Source: an uncultured Planctomycetota bacterium (GTDB lineage Bacteria; Planctomycetota; Planctomycetia; Isosphaerales; Isosphaeraceae). From it: 64,000 nt of DNA. The notes beneath the pieces are model-generated. The model was not told where the DNA came from and did no database searches. It saw only the letters and a program-made list of their open reading frames with translations. Made by a program: the position numbers and the translations under genes. Location of the stretch: assembly GCA_963845755.1 (NCBI GenBank), contig CAWJTV010000036.1, positions 288,001-352,000 of the forward strand, written 5' to 3'. Positions 20,052 through 34,076 of the stretch are shown here, one piece after another. Positions within the stretch are counted from its first letter, which is position 1; every line of letters begins with the position of its first letter.

Positions 20052-22346
20052 CTATCGGGCCGCGTCGGCCTTCGGATTGTCGTCGAGCCGTGTCGCCCTG
20101 GAGTCGCGTCCGTCACGGTGCAGGTCGATGTGGGTGACCTTCCCCTTGTCATTCTTGACGAAGGTGACCGTGGCGTCCTTGGCCGGCTCGAGGAAGAAGA
20201 CGGTTTCGGACTCCGGGAAGACTTCGAGCTTGCCGTCGTCGGTGGCCTGGGCCATCAGACGGTCCCCCTCGCGGGTGATCGTGACGATGGTTTCGTGTCC
20301 GATCGCGTAGCGGCCGACGTAGGCGTCGTACACCTTCGGGTCAACCTTGGCCACCTTGTGGGAAATGGGCTTGGTCAACTTCAGGCCCGATTTGCCGGCG
20401 ATCAGGTAGGCATTCAAGACGTTATCCATCTTGCTGGCATCATCATTATTGACAAGAAAGACGTATCCGATCCCTCGGTCCTTGTACAGGACGGAGTGGC
20501 TCGTGAACCCGGGATTCCTCCCCCCGTGCCCGTAATGGGTCCCCTGCGGCGTCTCCTCGATCGCGATGCCCAGGCCCCACGAGGTGCCCGGTTGATCCGG
20601 CACTTTCACCTGGGTGCGGAGCATGTCCCGCGAGGTGGCCTCGGACAGGCCCTTGCCCTGGAGGACGGCGATCAGGAACCTGGCGTAGTTCCGGGCGTCC
20701 ACATGCAGGCTGGCCGCGACGTTGGGCTCGCCGGGTTGCCGTTTCACCATCGGTAAGGTGCCGCCGTGGCCCGTGGCGGTCCGGTGCGCCACGTCCTCGT
20801 TCCAGACGAGGGAGGCGTTCTCGATGCCGAGGGGGGCGAAGACTTCTTCGCGGCACAGCTCGACCAGTTTTTTCCCGGTCAGCTTCTCGACGACCTTGCC
20901 GAGATAGACGAACCCTTCGCCGGAATACGAGACCTCGGTGCCCGGTGTGAATTTGATCTCGAGTTTCCCCGTCCGCCAGTTCGGGAACCCGGTCCGGTGG
21001 GTCAGCACCATCCGGGCCGTGATGAGCTTGTATCGGTCGTCATGGGCGATATCTTCGTAGGCGAGGTAGGTGTGGAGCGGGGTGTCGAGCTTGAGGACTC
21101 CTCGGTCCACGAGCCGGAGCACGGTATAGGCGAAGACGGGCTTCGTCATGGAGGCGGCTTCGAACACCGTGTCAACGGTCACCGGCTCTCGGGTCGCCGT
21201 GTTCGTGACGCCGAACCCACGCTGGTAGACAACCCGGGAGTCCTTGATGACGGCGATCGAGATCCCCGGGATCTTGTAGTAAGCCAGGTAGGCCCGCACG
21301 AAGCGGTCGAGCTCCTCGGGGTTCACGGGCCCGGAACTGAGGAGTACGCCCTCGCTGCCGATCAGCCCGGGCCAGGGGATGGCCGTGACGCGGAGGGGGT
21401 CGGCTTTCGCCGGACGATCGGCCTCGACGTGGACGTCGACGCTCGTCTTCTCGTCGACGCGGACGTCCGCCGAATCCACGGGTCGCACGGAGTACGGGCC
21501 GGCGGGGAGGGCCGTGGCCCGGTAAGCCCCCGTCGAATCGACGCGCACCTCGCGCCATAACTGTGCAGAGCGAGACGATTGAATCCGCACCCGCGCGGGA
21601 AGGGCCCATGGGGACGGGTCTTTCCAGGTCACGAGGCCGGAGACCTCGCCGAATCGGGTTTCGGGGGTGACCAGGAGGACTTCTCCGCACCGGTCCGGCA
21701 TGCTCACTTTCTGAGTCCCGCTGCCCCAGGCGGCCCACGAGAACGAGCCGTCCTTGTCTTTGTCCGCCACCGCGACGTCGAATCCGATCGCCCGCTCGGG
21801 ATCGAGCTCGGCGCCGACCTCGACGCGCCATTCGTAGACAATCCGGGAATCCGTCCGTACCACGGCCACCTTCACCGTCTTCTCCGAAGCTTCCCGCGGG
21901 CCGACGATCCGGTTCTGGTTTCCGTACCGGGCATACTGGACGATGGGAGATCCGCTCCCGGCGTGGGCCGCATCGATGAAGAGCTCACAGCCATCCTGGG
22001 CGTTCCACACGACTTCCCCGGGCCCGTCGAGGACCACGGAATCGTCCTGAACCTCGACGGCGACATAGAGGGCGCGTTCGCCCGGGTTGTAGGCGATGCG
22101 AAATTGAGCTTTCAGGTCATCATGGCCGCCGGGCTTGTCGCCGAACTCGATGCGTTCGATCGGGTACGTTTGCAAGGTCTTCGGCCAGTCGCTCAGGTCG
22201 CCATCGACGGTGATCCCCTTCTCCGGATAGGCAAAACCCACGGCGCCGTTCTGACCGTATGTCGGGCTCGACGCGATGAGCATCACCGCGGCGAAGAGCG
22301 CAACGAGCCCTCGGACGTTGGACGATGAGGTGCGACATACATTCAT
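20052..22346 (-). CDS. Serine hydrolase (class C beta-lactamase-like) with N-terminal CBM9-like and C-terminal DUF3471-like domains
   Basis: ASMTK (SxxK), YSGEGF and GHGG; N-terminal ITVDGDLSDW...IGFDVAVADKD; C-terminal YDAYVGRY. Confidence 0.88.
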   Translation of the reverse strand: MNVCRTSSSNVRGLVALFAAVMLIASSPTYGQNGAVGFAYPEKGITVDGDLSDWPKTLQTYPIERIEFGDKPGGHDDLKAQFRIAYNPGERALYVAVEVQDDSVVLDGPGEVVWNAQDGCELFIDAAHAGSGSPIVQYARYGNQNRIVGPREASEKTVKVAVVRTDSRIVYEWRVEVGAELDPERAIGFDVAVADKDKDGSFSWAAWGSGTQKVSMPDRCGEVLLVTPETRFGEVSGLVTWKDPSPWALPARVRIQSSRSAQLWREVRVDSTGAYRATALPAGPYSVRPVDSADVRVDEKTSVDVHVEADRPAKADPLRVTAIPWPGLIGSEGVLLSSGPVNPEELDRFVRAYLAYYKIPGISIAVIKDSRVVYQRGFGVTNTATREPVTVDTVFEAASMTKPVFAYTVLRLVDRGVLKLDTPLHTYLAYEDIAHDDRYKLITARMVLTHRTGFPNWRTGKLEIKFTPGTEVSYSGEGFVYLGKVVEKLTGKKLVELCREEVFAPLGIENASLVWNEDVAHRTATGHGGTLPMVKRQPGEPNVAASLHVDARNYARFLIAVLQGKGLSEATSRDMLRTQVKVPDQPGTSWGLGIAIEETPQGTHYGHGGRNPGFTSHSVLYKDRGIGYVFLVNNDDASKMDNVLNAYLIAGKSGLKLTKPISHKVAKVDPKVYDAYVGRYAIGHETIVTITREGDRLMAQATDDGKLEVFPESETVFFLEPAKDATVTFVKNDKGKVTHIDLHRDGRDSRATRLDDNPKADAAR

Positions 22347-22532
22347 AAACGAGTGCTCCTGCGTATCGTGGTGGATCGGGGCGGCACGCCTCGCGTGGGT
22401 TGGCTCGGTAATTCGGCCATCGATCCCCGAGAACCCGAACCACGTCAGCCGGTCGACCGGGACGCGTCGTGGGTACCTCGTGGATCAAAGCGGCCCGGAT
22501 CGTCTCACGGTCGGGTTGCACATGGGCGCGTC

Positions 22533-22591
22533 GGGTGCTCTGTGAACACCGATCCCCGCGCTGGGGCCTCTCCGGTGCTCACAGAGCACCC
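22533..22591. repeat. REP doublet (gggtgctctgtgagcaccg family), copy 1
   Basis: Inverted pair gggtgctctgtgaacaccg / cggtgctcacagagcaccc. The same family occurs at 28087 and 50595. Confidence 0.85.
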
Positions 22592-22813
22592 TCCCCAGAG
22601 CCAGGGCGTATCTTCACATTGGCTCTGGGGCGTACCAACCCAATCGTTCGGCGCTCCGACTACTATACTCACAAGCCAGGCGCGGGACTTTGAATGCGGG
22701 TTTGAGGATTTGCCGACGCCGTTTCCGGAAGTTGTTTCAGCGACCTTGCCGTAACTCCCTATCGCTCAGAGGGGTGCGAAGTTGTATGCCACATCGAGGG
22801 CCGGAGGTCGGAG

Positions 22814-23230
22814 TCAGTAGTAGCCGCCGTATAGCCCCCCGCCGGTGGTTCCACCGCCGGTCGTCCCGCCGCCGGAAGTCCCACCACCAAGGGATCCACC
22901 GTCGATGAGACCGCCATCGCCAGATCCGGGAATGGTCGTGCCGTCGCCATTGGAACCGCTGGTGGTCCCGCCACCGGGGGATCCGCCGAGTGGATGAGTC
23001 ACATGCGGGCTGATGGGATGAGGTTTGGGATGAACCTTGGGGTGGACCTTATGATGGACCTCGGCGTGAGGCTTATGATGAACCTTGGCGTGAGAATGGG
23101 CCCTGGCATGCGGAACGTGGGCGTCAATCTGCGCCATGTGAGCAGCGGGCGCGAGGCCGACGGCGCTCGGGGTGACCCGCGCCTCCAGGCCGTCGCACCC
23201 GTTGGGGCGAAAGATGTTTTGTTTCCTCAT
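22814..23230 (-). CDS. Small His-rich/Gly-rich extracellular protein
   Basis: MRKQNIFRP...GLEARVTPS (LExRxLL-like), His-rich middle, Gly/Thr-rich tail ending GLYGGYY. Confidence 0.7.
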   Translation of the reverse strand: MRKQNIFRPNGCDGLEARVTPSAVGLAPAAHMAQIDAHVPHARAHSHAKVHHKPHAEVHHKVHPKVHPKPHPISPHVTHPLGGSPGGGTTSGSNGDGTTIPGSGDGGLIDGGSLGGGTSGGGTTGGGTTGGGLYGGYY

Positions 23231-23690
23231 GGGTGCCGTACCTCTTCTCGCACTGAATGGATCGGACAGGGCCCATCCTTTCCCATCGACTGACGGGACG
23301 ATGGCCATCTTGGGTGGCGACGTCCCGACACCCGCATCGACAAGGTGGGCAAACTCCTGGACTGGGCGCGTAGGTGAAGGGTGGTCCGAACGTTGAATGG
23401 TCGGTGAGACTCGCCAGCAGTTCCCGAAGATCGGGGGGCGGCGTCTTCCTCACGAGCAACCGAAAAACCTGCTCGCGTAACCCCTCATAGACTAAGAACC
23501 ACCATGCGGCCCTGCGGTTACAGAAAGCTGGACGGATCGTCGAGCCCATCTGGCCAGGAGTCCGATAATCGCAGAGGTCTGTCGAAGAATCGGCGAGGTC
23601 GATCGTCTCCGGTTCGATCGATCCTCGCCGCTGTCCCGCATCGCCTCGGTCTGCTAGGCAACCAGGCACCCTTTATCGCAGAATGGCCCG

Positions 23691-24644
23691 ATGGAGACGC
23701 CATCGAATCCGTACCGCGAGAGCCGTCGAGCCGCGCTCTGGGGCATCGGCGTCAGCTTGGCCCTGGGCGGCGTGAAGCTGCTCGGCGGACTGTTCGGCCG
23801 TTCCCTGGCCCTGCTCTCCGATGCGGTGCATTCGCTGGTTGATGCGGCGGTCTCGGCGGCGTTGCTGGCGGCGTTGGTCCTGGCCGAGCGACCCGCCGAC
23901 CGCGAGCATCCTTACGGTCACGGACGGTTGGAGGCCGTGGCCGGTGCCGGCGTGGCCCTGGTCCTGATCGCCCTGGCCACGGCCATCGCTTACGAATCGC
24001 TGTCGACCGTCGCCGGGCGGCACGAAGCGCCGGCCGGCTTCACCTTGCTCATCGCGGGCGCCGGTGCGCTCTCCCAGGAACTGCTTTACCGGTATGTGAG
24101 CCGGGTCGCTCGCCGGACCGGCTCGGCCGCGTTGCTGGCGACCGCCTGGGATTACCGGCTCGATGCCTTGAGTGGCATCGGCGTCCTGATCGGCGTGGCG
24201 CTGGCGAAATGGGCCGGCTGGTCGTGGGCCGACCAGGTCGCGGCGGGCCTGGTCGCCGTGACCGTGTTCTGGATCGGTGGCCGGTTGCTCTGGGAGAATA
24301 TCCAATCGCTGATGGATCGTCAGGCGGAGCCGGAAATCCTCGAAGGCGTCCGGGCGGAAGCCCAGGCCGTGCCCGGCGTGCTGGCGGTGGAGAAGCTGAG
24401 GGTAAGGCGGATGGGGATCGAGTATATCGCCGAGATTCACGTCCAGGTCGATGGCCGCGAGAGCGTCGTCGGCGGTCATGCCATCGCACACTCCGTGAAG
24501 GATCGGATCATGGACCGTCTGGAATCGATCAGCGATGTGGTCGTGCACGTCGAGCCATTCGGCGGACCGGCATCGACGATTCCGCTTGCGGCATCGAATC
24601 CCGTGCCGGTTAACCGCGCGGAATCGCATGAGCTGATTCCCTGA
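23691..24644 (+). CDS. Cation diffusion facilitator (FieF-like) transporter
   Basis: SLALLSDAVHSLVD, PADREHPYGHGRLE, DYRLD, and a C-terminal dimerisation domain with VVVHVEP. Confidence 0.93.
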   Translation: METPSNPYRESRRAALWGIGVSLALGGVKLLGGLFGRSLALLSDAVHSLVDAAVSAALLAALVLAERPADREHPYGHGRLEAVAGAGVALVLIALATAIAYESLSTVAGRHEAPAGFTLLIAGAGALSQELLYRYVSRVARRTGSAALLATAWDYRLDALSGIGVLIGVALAKWAGWSWADQVAAGLVAVTVFWIGGRLLWENIQSLMDRQAEPEILEGVRAEAQAVPGVLAVEKLRVRRMGIEYIAEIHVQVDGRESVVGGHAIAHSVKDRIMDRLESISDVVVHVEPFGGPASTIPLAASNPVPVNRAESHELIP

Positions 24645-24846
24645 TGCGGGTCATGGCGGGGTAGGGCCGATCTTGTGCAAATTCGTCCCGTATTCTTTCG
24701 CGCCTCATTCTGTTGGTGGCATCAGCCTATTTCCTTTCGCGAGGACGCATGCTAGCATGGAGTCTGTGGGCGTGACCCGATTTGCGGGGCCGGTGGGCCA
24801 TGCAGGGAATCAAATCTTTAGAGGACGAAGTGACAGGAGCGCTCGC

Positions 24847-26825
24847 ATGGGGATCCGCTTGAGGAAGGCTCGCGCGAATGCCGGCGACAGCGGTACCGGT
24901 GGCGGTTCGCGGAAGCGATGCCGCAGAGTCCGGCAGCCCGTCCCGGAAGTTCTCGAAGACCGCCGGTTGTTGACGGCGTCTCTCCAGCCGATCTCCAATC
25001 TGAGCGTCCCGGCGCAGCAGGGTTACACCTTGCCGCTCGACGGCAGCGGCACGACCGATGACCAGACCTTCACCGTGACCATGGACTCGGGCAACCCGGA
25101 TATCACCGCGAGCATCCCCCAACAGAACTTCTGGACGATCGATGTCCAGTACACCGACCCCTCCAACCAGAACAACGACTTCACCGGGCCGCTCACCTTC
25201 CAGCTCTTCCAGACCCTGACGCCCAACACGGTCAGTGAGATCGAGAAGTTCACCACCGACGGATTCTACAGTGCTGCCGGTGATCCGAATAATGGTAATA
25301 AGAACGGGATCTCGATTCCCCGGATCGCGCCGGGCTTCGACGGTTTGACGGATTACATCATCCAGGGCGGAGCCATCAGTTCCACCAACACCGGCGGCCA
25401 GAGCGGGGAGCCGGGCACGCCGTTCCAGAACGAGAATGTCCAGCAGTTGGCCTTCACCGGCACCGACCAGTTGGCGATGGCCAACGCGGGGAATACCGAC
25501 AGCAACGACACCCAGTGGTTCATCACGACCGGCTCGCCCAACAGCGGGCTGGGGTACGGTTACACCATCTTCGGCCAGTTGGTGCCGAATCCCACGAACG
25601 AAACTCCGGCTCAGACCCTGCTGGCCAAACTCACCACGCTCAATCCCAACGGCTTCAATACCAATGTTCCAACGCCAACTCCTGTACCCACTTTCACGGC
25701 ATCGACGTCCTCGGCGAATCCCAGCGGGGTGTTGATCATCGACACCTCGCAGGCCCGTCCGGGCGACTCCGCCACGTTCACCGTGACCGCCCACGATGGC
25801 ACCTCCACCGTCAGCCGGACGTTCACCGTGACCGTCGGCGCCTACGGCGGCCCGACCGACCCGCCCATCCCTTTCAAGCCCCTCGCCAGTCCGGTCACCG
25901 CGTCCGTGGCCGAAGGCAAGTCGACGACGGTCACTCTGGTCGGCCAGGATGGTTATCCGGATCCCACCTACACCGGGTGGACGCTCAGCTATTCCCTGGT
26001 GTCGCAGCCCAGCGACGGCACGATCAGCGACTTCAATGCGTCGGCCGGCACGTTCGTCTACACGCCCAAGCCGGGTTTCACGGGTACCGATCCATTCCAG
26101 TACCAGGTCCAGGAGTCGTACGGACCGTCCTTAACGACCGAGAGCATGGCGACGAACGTGACGCTCACCGTCACACCGACCCCAACGCCCACACCGACTC
26201 CGACACCGACTCCAACGCCCACACGACTCCGACACCGACTCCAACGCCCACACCGACTCCGACACCGACTCCAACGCCCACACCGACTCCAACGCCCACG
26301 CCGACTCCGCTCGTGACGGTTACGGGGATCGCGTTGAAGACGAACAAGAAGCACCAGGTGTCCGAGGTTTTCGTGACATTCAGCGGGCCGGTAAACGTGA
26401 CCGAGGCGGATAACACGGCGACCTATCGCCTGGCCACGCCGGGGAAGCATGGGTCCTATACCGCCAGGAACGCCGGGATCATCAAGCTGAAGTCGGCGAC
26501 CTATGACCCGACGGACGATCAGGTCACGCTCGTGCCGAAGAAACCCTTTGTTATCAGCAAGAAGGTCCAGCTCGAGGTCATCGGTACTCCACCGTCGGGC
26601 TTGCAAGACGGCGCGGGGCGATACATCGACGGCGCGAACAACGGCCAGGCCGGCGGGAACGCCGTCGCGATCCTCTCGAAGGGTGGGGTAAGCATCGACG
26701 CAATGACTCTGGCAAACCCTTCCGCGGGACCGAACACCGCGACGAACGAGATCGACGTCCTGCTCGCCCAATCGGAACTGGACCGTCTCGTTCATTCCCG
26801 GTCGGCGAAGAAACATCCGGGTTGA
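24847..26825 (+). CDS. Extracellular cyclophilin-like protein with Ig-like domain and Pro-Thr linker (1-nt deletion in the PT repeat near 26224)
   Basis: EVLEDRRLLT; IIQGG, LAMANAG, TQWFIT and YTIFGQL; FVYTPKPGFTGTDPFQY; (TP)n. The C-terminal domain is in the frame ending at 26825. Confidence 0.85.
26172..26310 (+). repeat. Coding tandem repeat encoding (Thr-Pro)n
   Basis: Repeating acaccgactcc/aacgccc units. Confidence 0.9.
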
Positions 26826-26898
26826 GCGGACCATCGCACGGCGAAAAAGCGGGTTGTGCCCCGTGTGTCCCCGGTTTGCCCCGTTACAGGACTTTGCC

Positions 26899-27882
26899 TC
26901 AATACGCGAGTCGAACCTTCCGTTCCTCGTCGCTCCTGACGCAGAGGTCAGGGACGGCCAGATGGCGGAAATGAGTCACGCGGTCTCGCCCCGTCTGTTT
27001 GCAGTGATACAGGGCGCGATCCGCTTCATCCAGGAACGTGGTGCAGCAGGATTCTTCATGCGGACCGGAGACCGTGGCCACACCAAAGCTGGCGGTGACC
27101 GGACGCCCTGGCCACGATTGGGTCGCGACGGCCTGCCTCAGGCGATTCGCCACGGCCAGCGCATCATCCGCCTCCATCCCCGGCAGCAAGACGACGAACT
27201 CTTCGCCACCGGTGCGTACCACGAGATCGCGGTGTCTCACGTTGCTTCGGAGTGTGCGTGCGACCATGCACAGCACGTCGTCGCCCGCCGCGTGTCCGAA
27301 GGTATCGTTGTACGACTTGAAATGGTCGATGTCGAGCACCACGACCGAATTGGATTGGTCCCCCCGTGCCTCGGACAGCGAGGTGACGAGCGATCTGTGC
27401 AATTGTCGGCGGTTGGCCAGGCCGGTCAAGGGATCGGTGTTGGCCATCTCGTCGAGACGGGCGTTCTTCTGTTCCAGTTCGGATTGAATGCCAAGGATGC
27501 GCCTGGCGATGGCCAGCCGGACCAGCAACTCGGCCTCGTCGACCGGCTTGTTGAGGAAGTCATCGGCGCCGGCTTCCAGGGCCTGCAAGCGGTTGTCGCG
27601 GCCGATCCGGCCGGTCAGCATGATGACATAGCTATAGGGTTTGCCCTGGCGGGAGCGAATACGGCGGCAAAGTTCTAAACCGTCCACGCCGGACATGATC
27701 CAATCGGTGATGACCAGCCGCCAATCCTCGCGCTCGATGAGATCCCAGGCCGCTTGCCCGGAGGTCACGAGCCGCGGCTCGTAGCCGTGCACCTGGAGCG
27801 TCCAGACAAGGGCCATGCCGACGGTTTTCTGGTCCTCGACGATCAGAATGTGATTCATCCTGCTCTCAGGTTGGATTGGCAT
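26899..27882 (-). CDS. Response-regulator diguanylate cyclase (REC + GGDEF)
   Basis: ILIVED, TDWIM and DDFLNKP; DPLTGLANRR, DIDHFKSYNDTFGH, and RHRD (I-site) before GGEEF. Confidence 0.93.
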   Translation of the reverse strand: MPIQPESRMNHILIVEDQKTVGMALVWTLQVHGYEPRLVTSGQAAWDLIEREDWRLVITDWIMSGVDGLELCRRIRSRQGKPYSYVIMLTGRIGRDNRLQALEAGADDFLNKPVDEAELLVRLAIARRILGIQSELEQKNARLDEMANTDPLTGLANRRQLHRSLVTSLSEARGDQSNSVVVLDIDHFKSYNDTFGHAAGDDVLCMVARTLRSNVRHRDLVVRTGGEEFVVLLPGMEADDALAVANRLRQAVATQSWPGRPVTASFGVATVSGPHEESCCTTFLDEADRALYHCKQTGRDRVTHFRHLAVPDLCVRSDEERKVRLAY

Positions 27883-28086
27883 CGATGATTGTCAGGCGAA
27901 GGTTGGGGCGCAGCGTCGGCCCGGTATGGCCTGAGATTATCGGAAGAGGCCTTATAGCGACTCTAGGTCGCCCTCGCCGTAAGGTCAACCGGGCCGGCCC
28001 CGGCCCTCGCCATCGGCAACGGCTGACATTGCCCGCCGATTCGACATTTCAGTTAGAGGCTGTCCCGGAAGCCTCATCGGCCGTCT

Positions 28087-28154
28087 TGTAGGGTGCTCTG
28101 TGAGCACCGAATTCGGCAAAGTACACCGTCTCGGTGCTCACAGAGCACCCTACA
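28087..28154. repeat. REP doublet with GTAG end, copy 2
   Basis: Perfect 24-bp inverted repeat tgtagggtgctctgtgagcaccga / tcggtgctcacagagcaccctaca. Confidence 0.9.
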
Positions 28155-28206
28155 AACACCTTCCGAGACAGACTCTAAGATCAGCCTGAACACACGGCCC
28201 TGCGTG

Positions 28207-28464
28207 ATGACTTCGTCGTTGAGGCGGGACTTGTCGCGTCCGAATCGTTTCCGTCTGGAGCTGGGAACCGCCGATGATGCGGCGACGCTGGCCTCGCTGC
28301 ACACGGCGGTCGCCGAAGATTTGACCCGCCTTCACGGCCGCGGGGCGTGGTCGATGAAGACGTCGGAGAAAGGCGTCCTCTGCGCGATGCGTACGGCTGG
28401 CGTCTTCGTGGATGTGCGAGGTATATGCCTTCCTGTTTTGTACCCGTGTATCCGAGAAACTTAG
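28207..28464 (+). pseudogene. Truncated GNAT-like acetyltransferase N-terminal fragment
   Basis: FRLELGTADDAATLASLHTAVAEDLT resembles a GNAT N-terminus. The similarity stops abruptly and no acetyl-CoA motif follows. Confidence 0.4.
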
Positions 28465-28624
28465 TCAGAATTGATCGACCCACCCGTTCCGGTCGATGCG
28501 AACCCGCTTGAGACTTGAAAGATCGTCAGCACTGCGAGCAAGATAGGGGAATTCTCAGCCCGAGGATCGATCTCTCTTTGCCCTCCCCGGAAGGCGCCGC
28601 GTTCGACGGGGGGCGGTCTGAATC

Positions 28625-31797
<3,173 letters not shown>

Positions 31798-31876
31798 ATC
31801 GGGCAAGCACCGGAAGCTGGTCTCCTGGCCAGGCCGAACCCTGGTGAGCGGGCCAGCCCGTGGCAGGACCCGACGT

Positions 31877-34013
31877 TCAGTCGATCGCGTATCGGTGTCT
31901 CAGGCCGAGGACCATCGCACCGTATCGATCGAGGGCTTCCTCCGGGGCGTCGTCCTCGATCGCCCGGACACAACCCTGCACGACCTCGAAGAGCCCGTCG
32001 AAGATCCTCTGGGCATCGTCGCGACCGGAGATCGCCGCGACGATCCTGGGAGCGACGCGGTAGTAGTCCCGGATCAGGAGGAGTCCGCCCGGTTGCGCTC
32101 GGACATACTCATCCCGAAACCGTCGCAGCGTGGTCAGTTCGTGGCAGTCATCCGGAAGACCCCGGGCAACCGTGCAGGCCGTGGTGATGAAGCAATCGAC
32201 CTTTTCTTGGGGCTGGGTCGGCGTCTGCTTCTGCGTTTGGGGCGCGGATGTCTTCTCGTCCTTTTTTTGGGGCTGGGTCGGCGTCTGCGTCTGGGGCGCG
32301 GATGTCTTCTTCTTAAAGGCGAAGGACGGGGCCTCGGTCAAGACCGACGCCTTCTCCAGCAGTTGAGACATCTCCTGTTGTTTCGCCTTGTAATTACCAA
32401 GAATCCTGTCCACATCGAGCTGTTGCTTGATCTGATCGGCGTTGAGCGCCAGCGATTCCTCGAAGTTGAAAATCCGCGGATCCTGATCCTTGAGCAGGTC
32501 AACCGCATAGGTTTTTATGTCCGCTTCGTAGGACTTCTTGAACGCCTCCACCTCCTGGGCATTGAGGATACCACTGCCCTTCAGGATTTCGACCAGCAGA
32601 TTGTAGGCCTCGTTCTGACCGAAGACCAAACGGGCGTGATCATGAACGGCGCTTACCCCCCCATGAATTCCCAAATGGAAGTGTTGGTCTTCAATATATC
32701 GTGAGACCTCGCTCAAAACGCCGCCGCTTGCGATTTTGCGGAGGCCGACGATGAACGCGGGCATTTGCATCGCATGGATCGCCCATTCGTGTGCCATGAC
32801 CTGGAGGGGATGCATTTTGGCATCAAGAGAAGCCATCGACGCGTTGATGCTGATCTTGATCGTCATCGTCTCATTGGAAAGCGATCTCAACGCATTCCCG
32901 CCACGCTCCTTCACGTACCCCCTGATGTCGGATATCGTCGATATGTCCTGTCCTTCGATCATCAACTGTGTCGTACCGAGGGAACCCTGCTGGAGATCGA
33001 AAACCAGGTCGGTCCGGTTGCCTTCGTTTTCGACAAAATCGATGAGATTGCGAAGTTGCGAACTTGTCTTAATGGCCGCCAACAACTTCTCGTAGTGGGC
33101 CATCATGTCCCCGCTTTTTGAGAACGCGCCCGATGGCCCGAGGAATTTGGCCTGGAGGATGCGCACCCGGCCCTGTCCTTGGAGGAAGGACCTCCGTTGA
33201 GGTCCGGGCAGTGAACCTGCTGCTGGAGCCGGGCGGCTGGGGACACGGGCCGGGAGGATGGCCTTGGTGACGGGATGGGTAGGAGGCACGGCGACGCTGC
33301 GCAGTCTGGGCAAGGTTCGTCGCGGGGAAGATCGGCCCTTTCGTAGTCCGGCCGGCGGCAATGGGCGCGGCGAGCTTCGCCTGAACGATCGCGGGCATCG
33401 ATGCCGCTTGCAATCCCATGCGTTCGGCTTCCGCCTCGAGTGCTGCGTCTTGCACCACCGCGAGTCCCGCGCCGAACGGATTTCGGACCCGGCCAGCCCG
33501 CTGTTGCAGGACGTGGGCCAGCTCGTGTCCCAGGAGTCTCTGGCCCTGGGCGATGGTGGGGTTATAGTGTCCCGGCCCGAAATAGAGGTCGGCTCCGTGC
33601 GTGAAGGCCAGAGCCCCGATCGCCGGCACCTCGTGCCCGACGTGCACGCGGACGTCGGCGAAGTCCGCGCCGAAGAAGGCTTCCATCTTCCGCTGCACGG
33701 CCTCGGGCAGGCGTTGCCCGGTGCCGCGGGGCCTCAAGGCGAACCCCGGTGGCAGCGGGAACGCACCCTGGCTCGATGGCGGAACGGTACTCCGAGGCAG
33801 GATCGGCCCGGATGTCGAGGCGGGGCGGATCGGCGTCAAACTTCCGGGAGCCGCCGGCCGGGCCCGACTCGGGGCTGGGGCCGCCGGTCGCGTGACGGAC
33901 GCGGAGGCAGGACCGGGGAGCCGGGGCTTGCCTCCGACGAAGGAGCCCTGGATCACCCCGGGACGAACGCCAAGGGTGGGGGGCAGGGTCGGGTGTCGCG
34001 TGGGAGGGTTCAT
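31877..34013 (-). CDS. DUF4157 protein C: Pro-rich N-terminus, DUF4157, HExxxH domain, CFI-box C-terminal domain (frameshift near 33355)
   Basis: FGADFADVRVH...GALAFTHG...LLGHELAHVLQQ; then VMAHEWAIHA; then CFITTAC...LRRFRD...YYRVAP. Confidence 0.85.
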
Positions 34014-34076
34014 CGGTTCACACTCGGTCCGGGACGGTTCGGCTCTAAACGCGATGCGATCGATCCGGTCGCAGAC

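Noticed and set aside
26172..26310. Phase variation by slippage in the Pro-Thr repeat
   Set aside because: The break is a single missing C (acacgactcc versus acaccgactcc). The repeat units are multiples of 3, so unit slippage would not shift the frame. It matches the window-wide indel pattern.
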